This document shows, piece by piece, positions 12,001-18,771 of a stretch of 64,000 nucleotides of DNA. The stretch is from positions 2,456,488 through 2,520,487 of the forward strand of contig OY781365.1 of the NCBI GenBank assembly GCA_963676815.1, written 5' to 3'. Source of the stretch: an uncultured Draconibacterium sp. GTDB taxonomy: Bacteria > Bacteroidota > Bacteroidia > Bacteroidales > Prolixibacteraceae. Position 1 is the first letter of the stretch, and each line of letters begins with the position of its first letter. The notes beneath the pieces are model-generated. The model was not told the origin of the DNA. It saw nothing but the letters and a program-made list of their open reading frames with translations, and did not search any database. The position numbers were made by a program, and so were the translations under genes.

Positions 12001-14544
12001 CTTCAGGATTCGTGTTCGTTTATAGTAACAATTGTTGATGTTACTCCTCCTGGAATTGACATTGGTGGTTGCGTTGATGTGAGCGATACAGCGGCGGCAA
12101 ACAACTGTTCAAAAGTTCCCGCTATAATTGCCGATCCAACTTATTCAGATAATTGCTGGCCTGTTGATTCGTTAACATTAACCTGGACAATGACCGGAGC
12201 CACCACAGGTACAGGCACCGGTTCTGTTGCTGGCGAAAGTTTTAATGTTGGATTAACTACCGTTCAGTATGTTGTTACCGATCCTGACGGAAACAGCGAT
12301 TCTTGTTCGTTTACTGTGCGTATTCTGGATATTACAGCTCCGGGAATTGATATTGGAGGTTGTGTTGATGTTAGCGGCACTATGGATGCAAACAATTGTT
12401 ATGCTATACCACCGGCAATTACTGATCCAACTTTTTCCGATGCTTGTTGGCCGGTGGATTCGCTGGCTTTGAGTTTCAGAATAGAAAACGGAGCATGGGA
12501 TACTACCGGAGTGGGATATGTTTCCGGACTTCAATTCCCGGTTGGAACGAATACGGTTTGGTACATAGTAACCGACCCTGATGGAAATGCTGACAGCTGT
12601 TCGTTTACCGTGGAAATGTTACGCGACGAGATTCCGTGGACAGCAATTACTTGTCCATCTGATCCAGCGCCGATAGTCCTTGGTTCAACCGAGTGTGAAA
12701 GGGCTATTTCTCTTGATCCTCCTGTTGTAAGCGACTATTGTGTTACGGCAACCTACACAATTACCAATGATTTTAACGGACTTTCTGTTATCTCGGATGA
12801 AATATTCCCTGTTGGTATTACGCAGGTTAACTGGACGATAAGCGATAATTCGGGCAACGATACCATTTGTACGGTTTATGTTGATATAAGCGGTGTTCAG
12901 TTGCCAACAATTGCCTGTCCATCTGATGTTGTTCAGCAATTAACAGCCGATCAGTGTGAAGCAATTCCTGTTAATATTCAGGAGCCAGATGTAGATGCTC
13001 CTTGCTGGCCCGACGATTCGCTGGCTATTAGTTATGTAATTACGGGTGCACTTGATTCTATCGGCGTTGGTTCTGTTTCTTCAATAGAGTTTCCGTTCGG
13101 TATTTCAACAGTAACTTATACGGTTACCGATCCTGACGGGAATACCGCTGACTGTGCATTTACAGTTTCAATGTCGCGTCCGAGTATTCCTTCGGCAGTT
13201 GTTAATTGTCCAACTACCTCAGTTACCGTTACTGTAAATCCGAACGAATGTGAGACTTTTGTCGATCTGGATCCACCAACTATTAGCGATCCTTGTTCAA
13301 CAGCAGTATATACAATAACCAACGACTATACGGGAACCAACGATGCCGATACGCTTTATCCAATTGGTATTACAACGGTTACATGGACCATTCGCGATAC
13401 TTTTGGGAACGAGGAATATTGTTTGGTGGATGTTGAAGTAATTGACTTGCTGCCAACCTTAACCTGTCCACCGGATACAGTATTACAGGCCGATTTTAAT
13501 CGGGCATATGCATCGGGTATTACCATTGATCTTCCTTATTTCGAAGACAACTGCGACTCTACGCTAACGTGGACAGTGAGCGGAGCAACCACGCTTTCAG
13601 AACTTGAAAATGATGTATTGGCAAATGGTATTAATGTGGTTCATTATCCCGATACATTTAACCTGGGAACTACTACCATCACCTACACTTTTGAAGACGG
13701 ACACGGAAATATCGTTGAGTGTAGTCATAACATTACTGTGCTTGGTGCACCTGATATTGAATGTCCGCCGGATACAACAATTTACCTCGATGGTTCGGAA
13801 GGTAACTGCGAAGCTACATTCGATCCGGGTGTGGCCGACCTGATACAGGGAACTCCGCCAATTACCTGGACTTATACCATAACTTTCCCCGATGGTTCGA
13901 CACAAACACATACGTATATAAAAGATGCGCCCGATCCGGAACCAAACCCGCTGGGCGTAATGGATTTCCCGCTTGGGGTAACTACTATTGAATGGAGGGC
14001 TGAAAATATTTCCGGATTCGATACCTGTTCGCACTGGATAGAAGTGATCGATACAATTCCTCCAACCTTTACAACAGCACCATACGAAAACTGTGTTGAC
14101 ATGTTGCACTGGGCCGTTTACGATCCTGCTAATGCGAACCCGGTATTTAACCATGTCGATCCGCTGGTAGAAAAATTCCCGGTTGATTACCGAACCATGT
14201 TTGCCGGCGATGAATACCTCGATCTGCTTACATTGGAAGATAACTGCTGCGACTCTACAGAAATGGCCATAAACTGGAGAATTGAATTTAGCGATACTCC
14301 AAATTCAGTAACAGGAGTTATGGAATCTCATCCGAATATTGAAGGAACAGGTCAACCTTCAACTTATACGCATCCGGTAACCGGATTGCCAACCGATATT
14401 TACCTGTGGGGCGATGGTGTGACCTTTACCACTGTGGTTCATCATATTTATTATTGGGTAACCGACTGTAACGGAAATACGACAGAGGAGGTAATGGAAG
14501 AAATTACCATTACACCACGACCACAAATTATTAAACAGAATTAA
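1..14544 (+). CDS. Giant secreted adhesin-like protein (HYR, Ig-like, SprB-like and PKD-like repeats), 5'-truncated by the window edge; no T9SS CTD
   Basis: The frame is open from base 1 (PAISNCPADINQT precedes the Met at 40), so the ORF is partial. It has HYR-type units (CP.D...DNC...FP.G.TT.TW...D..GN...CSF.VT), Ig units (ITTQPASQTDC), SprB-like repeats (SC.G.NDG.I.....GG.G.YE.SIDGG), 6 PKD-like repeats (P.ITG...VC.G...Y.T..GMT.Y.W), 6 CP.D..L..C...AY..W..GF...GGC repeats and 4 CWP.DSL repeats. It ends ITITPRPQIIKQN. Confidence 0.9.
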   Translation, partial: PAISNCPADINQTMSSVVCGDTVVFSEPVFTDNCDGIITATRTDGTGLNSGDVFPEGITTLTWHAVDAAGNDTTCSFDVTILSDGSGPDITCVGNQAECAPYNSTYLKTGTDWDAIATDNCPGVISLNYNLSGASSGTGSSLNNVQFSIGTTTVEWTATDAQGNSSNCSFEVIISEEPGFAQNPVDVSACLNGSATFTASAAGVPAPTYQWRFEGTDIPGETGATLIVNNIQAIDAGNYDVVASSSCGTAISTNAVLSVSSPPEITTQPASQTDCLGESVEFTVAAIGGETPYSYAWQMRPTSSDAWGDAAMVSNIVTTDDVMVVTNIGDSNNPDHAEYRVIVTDVCGNSDTSSVAAITVNTILNALVDTTTVCQDGAATFSVLTSGSVPVLYEWFLNSSPVSNNAVFSGTTTQTLTITNAQVSEGGTYSVRVTFNITQPNNNGAGATTCQSLLIDIGELIVDEGPDIVAGISSQTICPGNAIAQIDLSNANGTPGTTYSWTRDNTGVLTGMPDSGSGNTINGVLNSLTPGTMVTTTFEITALANGCPSATTVTVTVGDTTRPTPATCPTDIIVNTDAGLCDATVSYTVPAFDDDCDGLAIPGTLVEGFASGAQFPIGTTTVKYIYTDAAGNVSDTCSFDVTVADNEQPTAICKDVTVQLDATGVVSITPADIDNGSSDGCGLDSLRIDVSSFDCSDIGDNTVSLTAVDLYGNEATCAVTVTVQDTVKPVVACRDINAYLDVNGQVSITAAAIDNGSTDNCAIASLNLSATDFTCTDLGSNSVTLTATDDNGNSSTCNAEVNVLDTISPNAICRDITIQLNGSGSASITANDVNNGSSDNCGIDTMFISQYTFDCSETGLNLITLTVVDDNGNSSDCVATVTVEDIEKPVARCRDITIQLDANGLAAIVAADIDNGSTDNCGVPTLSVSPNSFNCTNLGANTVTLTATDGYGNDSTCQAVVTVSDDDYPVEITANVSQTTILCNGEPADITISVSGGVGALTYTFNGVSQPINTFSGIGAGTYNWSVTDPFGCGDTTGTFEVVEPEPLQALLTSLDASCSSGNDGEIRISASGGSNVFEFSIDGGASWESDTIFTGLSPGFYDVQMRDANVPTCSVVLDAALEIIILDADITLTDISCYGETDGEITLSNPDGGSGAYQFSINGGTTWEDFVSGSYTYINLMADTFDVWIRDANDLTCVIPLDTMLILTEPDSLYALVDSANITCFGANNGTISLLSSAGGTGGYEYSIDGGTNWSSNSNFAGLIPATYDVRMRDANGCEKILNAALILTEPSILTANIDSSNISCNGGNDGEIILSNPTGGYGSYEFSVDGGTNWQTDTAFLNLYAGTYDVRIRDISDPSCFIILNPTLVLTEPPAMNIAAQPTDITNCFASTVQFGVNINGGAGTITYEWQRMRPSESVFTTISAGPNVLNQDTDSLQVLNIGNADSPNGTQYRVVISDNCTVLTSNLVTLLVNEITDVTPDIEDTEICEGQNYSLQVATSGGIPVSYQWQIDSAGTWENLSNTTVVSGVNSDQLTIAGATPNLTGQYRVVVTFPSTSGDCDLSSESFIRNLTVYPLPVVDSTTDIVVCNGDIVSAINFTGTGTSYDWTNTDASIGLAASGTGDITSFTAVNSDTVPVNAEIVVTPRGLYCDGIADTFLITVNPTPEAIAPSGLVFCEAGPTDPYPLSGIPSNVVFDISGGASIGLADATDVSEISSFTPIVGTATITITPKLNGCTGTAVSFDILVVESPTATISGGDTVCQGGLAASLIFESATGRIVEATYTINGADTNTVVIPAYTPVPLPVPTNNSGVFEYELIQVAYISEPYCSNTDVKDTAQIVVIEPPVPTILGPDEICANIEGNVYTTEPGMTDYVWNVSSGATITAGGDLLSNTITITWDTPGSKNVSVRYTDGNLCSATISTIYPVTVNAVPVPTITGSANVCEGEVITYITQSGMTNYLWDISAGGTISAGGALTDNSVTVEWNGAGDQTVSVNYTNGNGCTADSTTLSITEHDVYVNPEPVPSLTGVDTACTGTEHIYTSDAGMTNYIWTVSAGGTIVSGGTFNDNTATIRWNADGAQSISVNYTDTSGCIATADSTLDVWVHLSPVPVINGPGLICAGSANATYRTDPGMTNYNWTVSAGGTITGGANDSIVYVTWNSIGNHTISVDYTNANNCNAITPSVLAVEAVNEVIPTITGVQTVCEGTTGNYTTESGMSDYNWSVIGGTITAGGDPFSNSVTILWDSAGVQTVSVDYLSINGCNSIVTNHSVTVDPMPHPSITGATSACLDTIVYTYTTEPGMTDYQWIYSAGAIVIGGGSSTDDYIEIQWDALGPQSVNVNYTNLNGCRAITASTQNVVVNELTPVTCPGDTTFCVNAGIVNLVEGTPGGGVFSGPGVSGNTFDPMVADVGLHTITYSYTNDSSCVSSCTFQIRVDPQPIVLDQYLTICSESSVDINLNQLVPDATFSWVAYDNSSGTSVSGFTDCASGCDTMITDILVNSSITEPSYNIGTAGTVVYEVTALHNGCGGTFNIVVTVQPSIIELEHSWNSNFVEDFIEVCAGAQALSSNDLEILHPTRTWGFFNSYGLLTDGDYFDDDNWGVRILYGQSEEGPWVQAPHGEGPFGDGWNDSEGPYQWIVDLAINDRLGYHYFIVELTDPYTGCIKYSNPAILNIVSSLRIEAGGPDFVCTSSSPSPITLDGAYVGGIASTSTGGTWTANVAGGSFSQNFSNPGLATYTPPADFVGEITLTLTSNDPDGSGECVPLTDERIMNVLPPGSFESCLEPATWIESGSPGNNGYLDDNQSPCAINIVGSDNLSGNPGSFGISHCAGAGTLSFDWYFKAPVNKIVWHQEDQQVGSNNGSSSRMYVAPPTNIEVGDLIIVTIHVNDNTGTISDNDGEFIEIRRDTYSGAVTLASFYKIATSADVSRTTDYRFNLSNVSSNDRIYSVRISGADQNQATVIGDNDGIAQYLTYPARDYMNATIPAVSVTNANSMLVSALAINISGSSGDVEYINSPLGSTTMFYEDYETTARVAQELISSTGSAGTQTFSWPSYNSRNRYNMYVAAHSFIINPAIPDVDAANYIIGTTPVMLGNVNGASGSVSVPVSGGENISFAVSTDLNTGGPGELIIYNLDVPNDPPVVSGDTLIEYAECQPVGFDPDTAFTGPTVFDDCDTFSIQTGYPTTTAIISNGCENSQTRTWVYVDDCGLESETFTQRIIWTVIDTITLSCPPSDTLASCSDVADIQVAYDAWKAGFSYIGGCETVFDNLNEFPVLTDLSCGGQLDFTLIVYDACGQVDSCTSHLVIQAAEDLALSCPNDTLLPACTDTAEIRVAYEAWIAGFSYVGGCSTVTTNIDSVPELTDLSCGGEIEFRYVVNLGSPSCPNSIDCYRTFTVEAPVDLHVNVPGDATLPLCSDTASIRAAYDIWVAGFTTTGGCDVQSNIDSIPELPDLTCGGSVSFVFRAWNGEGKCVDSAVDSSSFTVMDPPPLSITCPPDPNLPGCSGALAITAAYNNWVDGFTASGGCDLVTNIDSIPPLGDLLCNGQLVFEFIARSGENVCSTVDTCVATFTIGNADTLAITCPGDTIVEGCSAAEVQTVFDNWIAQFAYTGGCNVNESDLSIYTPPITCGGVVVVNYIVSDECEQTDSCTATFQVNAPELVISVPEDTLLDACSDQLDVDAAFASWISQFGYSGGCNVVATAVDSFTSPNICGGEIVINYSAADVCGQVKTGAAFFAIDFPLLVELNPSFTVPVNTSVYSDALCNYDADPTITGYPTDLYDNCTEDSLHISYNDNVVDGSCAGEYIIYRDWTVVDNCGNDTTQQQIINVLDTIPPVIVCPNDTSEFTDPSQCTKTGMDMGTAAATDNCTPEASIIITNDAPVQLPVGTTTVTWTATDDCGNVSFCTQLVTIVDTIPPNIDINGCQDVTETAAPNNCSKVPDTMLDPVYSDDCWPVDSLVLTYSVNGATTASGTGSAAVVEYNVGVSYVTYVVTDPDGLQDSCSFIVTIVDVTPPGIDIGGCVDVSDTAAANNCSKVPAIIADPTYSDNCWPVDSLTLTWTMTGATTGTGTGSVAGESFNVGLTTVQYVVTDPDGNSDSCSFTVRILDITAPGIDIGGCVDVSGTMDANNCYAIPPAITDPTFSDACWPVDSLALSFRIENGAWDTTGVGYVSGLQFPVGTNTVWYIVTDPDGNADSCSFTVEMLRDEIPWTAITCPSDPAPIVLGSTECERAISLDPPVVSDYCVTATYTITNDFNGLSVISDEIFPVGITQVNWTISDNSGNDTICTVYVDISGVQLPTIACPSDVVQQLTADQCEAIPVNIQEPDVDAPCWPDDSLAISYVITGALDSIGVGSVSSIEFPFGISTVTYTVTDPDGNTADCAFTVSMSRPSIPSAVVNCPTTSVTVTVNPNECETFVDLDPPTISDPCSTAVYTITNDYTGTNDADTLYPIGITTVTWTIRDTFGNEEYCLVDVEVIDLLPTLTCPPDTVLQADFNRAYASGITIDLPYFEDNCDSTLTWTVSGATTLSELENDVLANGINVVHYPDTFNLGTTTITYTFEDGHGNIVECSHNITVLGAPDIECPPDTTIYLDGSEGNCEATFDPGVADLIQGTPPITWTYTITFPDGSTQTHTYIKDAPDPEPNPLGVMDFPLGVTTIEWRAENISGFDTCSHWIEVIDTIPPTFTTAPYENCVDMLHWAVYDPANANPVFNHVDPLVEKFPVDYRTMFAGDEYLDLLTLEDNCCDSTEMAINWRIEFSDTPNSVTGVMESHPNIEGTGQPSTYTHPVTGLPTDIYLWGDGVTFTTVVHHIYYWVTDCNGNTTEEVMEEITITPRPQIIKQN

Positions 14545-14589
14545 GGGAATGAGACACGATATAGACATAGAAAGAAGTTGGAGGCAACT

Positions 14590-15054
14590 TCACCACCTCA
14601 CCGCTGTAAACGCGGTCCCCTCCGCCTGGAAGGCGGAGAAATTAGGGCCGGAGACTTCAATGCTATTGTCATCTCGACGAGGATACGAGGAGAGATCTGT
14701 AACAGTGGAGCAACAAAGTAACAGATTTCTCTCCGTCAGCCGATGGATCGAAATGACAGAGGCCATCACCGGAGCGACTTTCCCCACTTGGGGGGAAATG
14801 TCTGCAGGACAAAGGGGGTCGGTAAAAGTTAATTATAATAACTCTCACCACCTCACCGCTGTAAACGCGGTCCCCTCCTCCTGGAAGGCGGAGAAATTAG
14901 GGCCGGAGACTTCAATGCTATTGTCATCTCGACGAGGATACGAGGAGAGATCTGTAACAGTGGAGCAACAAAGTAACAGATTTCTCTCCGTCAGCCGACG
15001 GATCGAAATGAACGAGGCCATCACCGGAGCGACTTTCCCCACTTGGGGGGAAAT
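14590..15054. repeat. Direct duplication of a 210-bp composite palindromic unit (14590-14799 and 14845-15054, period 255)
   Basis: The two copies are near-identical, starting TCACCACCTCACCGCTGTAAACGCGGTCCCCTCC and ending TTTCCCCACTTGGGGGGAAAT. Each contains a TGTCATCTCGA...TCGAAATGA stem. Confidence 0.95.
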
Positions 15055-15080
15055 TTATCAGAAGATGCTAGTTGATACTT

Positions 15081-15200
15081 TACCCCCCGTATCGGCCACA
15101 CTCCGTCAAGCGGAGTTGGCGGCCTCAACTGTCCCCCTACGTGTAGGGGGACGAGTGGAGCCGGTGGCTTCGAAGAAGATCCGGTGGAAGTCGGGGGGTA
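15081..15200. repeat. Composite palindromic (REP-like) element
   Basis: Terminal inverted repeats TACCCCCCG (15081-15089) and CGGGGGGTA (15192-15200) enclose hairpins CTCCG-TCAAG-CGGAG and GTCCCCCTAC-GT-GTAGGGGGAC. Confidence 0.85.
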
Positions 15201-15370
15201 CGGAGAATTATATGAGAATGACAGAGGCCATCACCGGAGCCGGTGGAGATGGTGTTGAAGTAAAAACAAATAAAAACGCTCATTATTTCCAAAAGGAAAC
15301 CGTGAGCAAACGAGATAATAATTTAAGCCTGTTCTTCCTGATTTCACAACACGCATTGAAATGCGAAAAG

Positions 15371-15416
15371 TTCTCCCCCTTGGGGGAGATGTCCGCCAGC
15401 TGGCGGACAGAGGGGT
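15371..15416. repeat. REP-like double hairpin (CCCC/GGGG family)
   Basis: TTCTCCCCCTTGGGGGAGATGTCCGCCAGCTGGCGGACAGAGGGGT; same layout as 14779-14819, 15877-15935 and 17684-17724. Confidence 0.85.
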
Positions 15417-15517
15417 ATAGGTTAGTAGCTAACAAAAAAAAATCAAGTGCCTATGAAACATGACTAAAGCTTTAAATCTTTCTGCTGAACAGAGTAGGTG
15501 GAGAGTATGGTTCTGTA

Positions 15518-15714
15518 AGGCGACTGGTTTCCCGGTTGCCTGTGGCTACGGAGAAACGTGGTGTTTATTTTCTCTACAACAACAACATGTATTTAGGCGA
15601 TACAACCTATAAATACCACAATTCCCCGGAGCCCGGCCATCTGTATTAGGAAATCAGGGGAAGTGCCACTTGTGGCATACCCCCTTGATTAAGATCCTGA
15701 CCGCTAACTAGCGG
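15518..15714 (+). ncRNA. Candidate structured leader/ncRNA upstream of the 383-aa subunit gene
   Basis: Consecutive hairpins with G-U pairs: 15518-15541, 15558-15619, 15653-15689 and 15701-15714. Not similar to the surrounding repeat families; no known family recognised. Confidence 0.3.
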
Positions 15715-15876
15715 GTGAACAATAATGTTGATGAGCCCCTAACGATTTGACATTTTGAAACTAAGTTTAACTGAATTGAACGAAATAATAACCGATCAAT
15801 TCAAAAAAAGAAAAACACGTTCTGAAGTTTATTGAAAGGAGAATTGCCTGGAGCCTGAGAACCACCGGCCACATTT

Positions 15877-15935
15877 CTCCCCCTCGTGAGGGGGAGTACG
15901 CCGACCGAGCTATGCGAGCGTCGGTGGGAGGGGGT
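15877..15935. repeat. REP-like double hairpin (CCCC/GGGG family)
   Basis: CTCCCCCTC-GT-GAGGGGGAG followed by a CCGAC...GTCGG hairpin and GGGAGGGGGT. Confidence 0.8.
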
Positions 15936-16000
15936 AAACATGCCACACGTAATTTCACCTGATATAAACCAAGAACAGCTAAACATTAAAAATTTTAATT

Positions 16001-17152
16001 ATGAAAAAGCAAATTTTAATTCTAACACTTTTTGTAGCGGCTTTTTTAGTCGGAAACAATGCCTTTGGGCAAAGTGGTCTCGCTAGTGGACATGCAGACT
16101 ATGATTATTTAGATGGTGTACCTACTTACTGCCCAACAGCTCGACCTATTGATTGTGGGGCTGGAGGTGATGCATTAGCTCCATTGCCTGGTGTTTCGTA
16201 TCCTTATACTATTACTTCTCCTACGACAACAGGTAATGTTCATTGGTTTGTAGCAGACCTTACTGCAGATCCTACTATTATAGATGCCCAGGGGAATATT
16301 GCTGCGACTATTGAACCTGCGGATGGAAGCAGTCCTTATATCCTAACTGCCGATGGTGCCTACAATGATGTGACAACTCCTAATACTTCTAAGACTGTTA
16401 ATATTACATGGAAAGCATTTGATGGTCTCGCCAATACTGTAGTGCTGGTTGTGTACAATGTTGACGATGCAAATTGTACCGATAATATGGAAATTTACCG
16501 TATTATTCCTCAATACAACTTTACGCTTGATATTGCCAGTATAGCAGACGATGGTGTTAATGGTGCTGAAATTGATGAAGCCCCTGTTGAAGATTGTGTA
16601 AATCCAATTCAGAGTGCATCTTATGACGGTACAGATTTGACTGTAGATTACGGTACCGATTATGTTTTCTTTGCTGTAAACGCTGCAAACTGGCAACATT
16701 CATGGATGCCTGGTGATTTCTCAGTTACATCAGATTATGCAGGTAGTACTCCTGTTATTACTGGATGGGCATACCCTGCTGATGCCGCAACAACGGGTGC
16801 TTGGAATACTGTAGGAACTGATCCTGTGTTGGCAAGTGGTTATCCTGCAGGAGTTAGTGTTGATGGATTCGTTGCTGAAGCATGTATTATTGTGCGGGTT
16901 CAGGTTGACCATGGATCAACAATTGAAAATATTCTTGGCAATGAAACCATTACTTTAACTGTTAATGGTGATATGTACAATGCGGAAACTTTAACTTATG
17001 ATAATACTTATCCTGATTTAGAAGATGGTGGTGGTGCTGCTTGTCCTAGTGATCTTACATCAGACGCTACGGATTACATACTTACTCCGAGACCTGATAT
17101 TGACGAGAGTACTCCTACTCCATTTGAAACTAAAACACCTAGTGACGACTAG
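16001..17152 (+). CDS. Secreted Ig/PKD-like protein, putative major (shaft) filament subunit
   Basis: 383 aa with Sec signal MKKQILILTLFVAAFLVGNNAFG-Q, beta-rich sequence and paired Cys. It has a CTDNMEIY motif shared with the 18772 protein and a C-terminal YILTPRPDI tail. The CDS is clear; the function is inferred. Confidence 0.85.
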   Translation: MKKQILILTLFVAAFLVGNNAFGQSGLASGHADYDYLDGVPTYCPTARPIDCGAGGDALAPLPGVSYPYTITSPTTTGNVHWFVADLTADPTIIDAQGNIAATIEPADGSSPYILTADGAYNDVTTPNTSKTVNITWKAFDGLANTVVLVVYNVDDANCTDNMEIYRIIPQYNFTLDIASIADDGVNGAEIDEAPVEDCVNPIQSASYDGTDLTVDYGTDYVFFAVNAANWQHSWMPGDFSVTSDYAGSTPVITGWAYPADAATTGAWNTVGTDPVLASGYPAGVSVDGFVAEACIIVRVQVDHGSTIENILGNETITLTVNGDMYNAETLTYDNTYPDLEDGGGAACPSDLTSDATDYILTPRPDIDESTPTPFETKTPSDD

Positions 17153-17154
17153 TA

Positions 17155-17202
17155 GTTATGAATTTTGCTTTTTCATAACCTAAGATCCCGATTTTATCGG
17201 GA
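17155..17202 (+). other. Two hairpins immediately after the stop codon (possible mRNA-stabilising structures)
   Basis: GTTATGAA/TTCATAAC (17155-17179) and TCCCGAT-TTT-ATCGGGA (17186-17202); no U-tract follows. Confidence 0.55.
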
Positions 17203-17210
17203 CAAGATAT

Positions 17211-17342
17211 AGCGCAGAGCGCAAGGGGCAGAGCGCATGGAGCAGCGACTCCGTGCCCTGCTCTTCGCCCTGGGCGATGGATGAAGGACTGAGGTTATGA
17301 AGAAGAAAGCAAAGGATTAAAGATTATTGATTAACGATTAAA
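17211..17342. repeat. Degenerate 7-bp tandem arrays
   Basis: AGCGCAG AGCGCAA GGGGCAG AGCGCAT GGAGCAG with a roughly complementary arm, then GATTAAA GATTATT GATTAAC GATTAAA (17315-17342). Confidence 0.75.
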
Positions 17343-17449
17343 ATGAATGAACCTACCGCCGAATGGCGGAGCACTTTGGAGAGAAGCCCGAAAAAGGGCA
17401 TACGAAAGAAACGGCGTTTCATAAACGAGCTTGTCATTACAATCTTTCT

Positions 17450-17554
17450 TGTCATCTCGAAGGAGGTACAGCTTGTCCCGAACTTTCGGGAACTGAGAGA
17501 TCTGTAACAGCGGAGCAAAGGACTAACAGATTCCTCTCTTCGTTCGGAATGACA
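17450..17554. repeat. TGTCAT...ATGACA palindromic element (third copy of the 14667-14758 family)
   Basis: Outer stem TGTCATCTCGA/TCGGAATGACA and inner stem AGAGATCTGT/ACAGATT. It carries an extra TCCCGAA-C-TTTCGGGA hairpin absent from the other copies. Confidence 0.85.
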
Positions 17555-17683
17555 ATCAATCGGAGAAACGCAACTCATTAAAAATTTAAAATAAGATGAA
17601 ATGTGAACAATAATATACACAACATCTGTAAAGGCAAAGCACCGCCTGGAGAGTCGCGAGTACAGTCTATTGTTCAGAACGTC

Positions 17684-17757
17684 TTTCCCCTCCTGGGGGG
17701 AAATGTCCGAAGGACAAAGGGGGTAACTTGCAACTTGCAGCTTGCAACTTGCAGCTT
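17684..17757. repeat. CCCC/GGGG double hairpin followed by a 7-bp array
   Basis: TTTCCCCTCCTGGGGGGAAATGTCCGAAGGACAAAGGGGGT, then AACTTGC AACTTGC AGCTTGC AACTTGC AGCTT. Confidence 0.85.
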
Positions 17758-17862
17758 CTTCAACGGCACGCTATTGCTAAATATGCGCGACGGGCCACGT
17801 GGCCGTGCACCGGCAACTCGGTTTGCTATGGGCTACGGGCTTGTCACGCTTATTCAAAAATC

Positions 17863-17950
17863 CTCTGTGAGCCTCTGTGTGCACTCTGCGAGCTCTGCGG
17901 TTAAGAAATTTTTACCACAGAGAAAACAGAGAAGCCACAGAGAGCACAGG
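17863..17950. repeat. Inverted pair of ~9-bp arrays
   Basis: The left arm (CTCTGTG/CTCTGCG x4) is roughly complementary to the right arm (CACAGAG/AACAGAG x4). Confidence 0.8.
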
Positions 17951-18070
17951 GTGATTTATACCCATAATCCAACAACGGCATTCCGCACGAACTGCACGGA
18001 AGATGGACGCTTGCAGGAGGAAAAGTTGGAAAGGATGAAGGATGATCGATTAAGTATTAATAATGGCAAA

Positions 18071-18660
18071 AGTGCGCAGGCCTTCCCCTTTAGGGGCCAG
18101 GGGTAGCGCAGGAAAATGAAGAAAAAGTGAATGAGTAATGGTGTGAATGAGCTGACAAAAAACAAAAGACTACTGTGTCCTATGTACCTATGTGGTTCAA
18201 AATACCTGGAGAAACTTAGTGGGTACTTTGAGTCCTTTGTGGTAAAATTTTAAACACAAAGTTGCACGAAGAAGGCACAAAGTCACACAAAGACAAAAAA
18301 GGAGAGTGCGCAGGCCTTCCCCTTTAGGGGCCAGGGGTAGTGCAGGAAAATGAAGAAATGGTGTATGAGTAATGGTGTGAATGAGCTGACAAAAAACAAA
18401 AGGCTACTGTGGCCTATGTGCCTATGTGGTTCAAAATACCTGGAGAAACTTAGTGAGTCCTTTGTGGTAAAATTTTAAACACAAAGTTGCACGAAGAAGG
18501 CACAAAGTCACACAAAGACAAAAAAGGAGAGTGCGCAGGCCTTCCCCTTTAGGGGCCAGGGGTAGCGCAGGAAAATGAAGAAATGGTGTATGAGTAATGG
18601 AGTGAATGAGCTAACAAAAAACAAAAGGCTACTGTGGCCTATGTGCCTATGTGGTTCAAA
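18071..18660. repeat. Tandem repeat, ~2.6 copies of a 225-234 bp composite unit
   Basis: Units start AGTGCGCAGGCCTTCCCCTTTAGGGGCCAGGGGTAG at 18071, 18305 and 18530. The period differs (234 vs 225) because of a 9-bp indel (GGTACTTTG). Confidence 0.95.
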
Positions 18661-18771
18661 AACTTGTAGCTTGAGTCTTGCGACTTGTAGCTTATAAAAA
18701 TGAAAGACAAACAAAAGAAAAAATAAAGACTTGAAGCTTGAAGCTTGCAACTTGAGACTTGTAGCTAAAAT

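Noticed and set aside
33-14568. Numerous short minus-strand and alternative-frame ORFs inside the giant gene (and likewise inside other long CDSs)
   Set aside because: Shadow ORFs caused by codon bias of the real coding strand.
14549-15463. 304-aa ORF
   Set aside because: It reads through duplicated palindromic repeats; its internal peptide repeat simply mirrors the 210-bp DNA duplication. No protein-like features.
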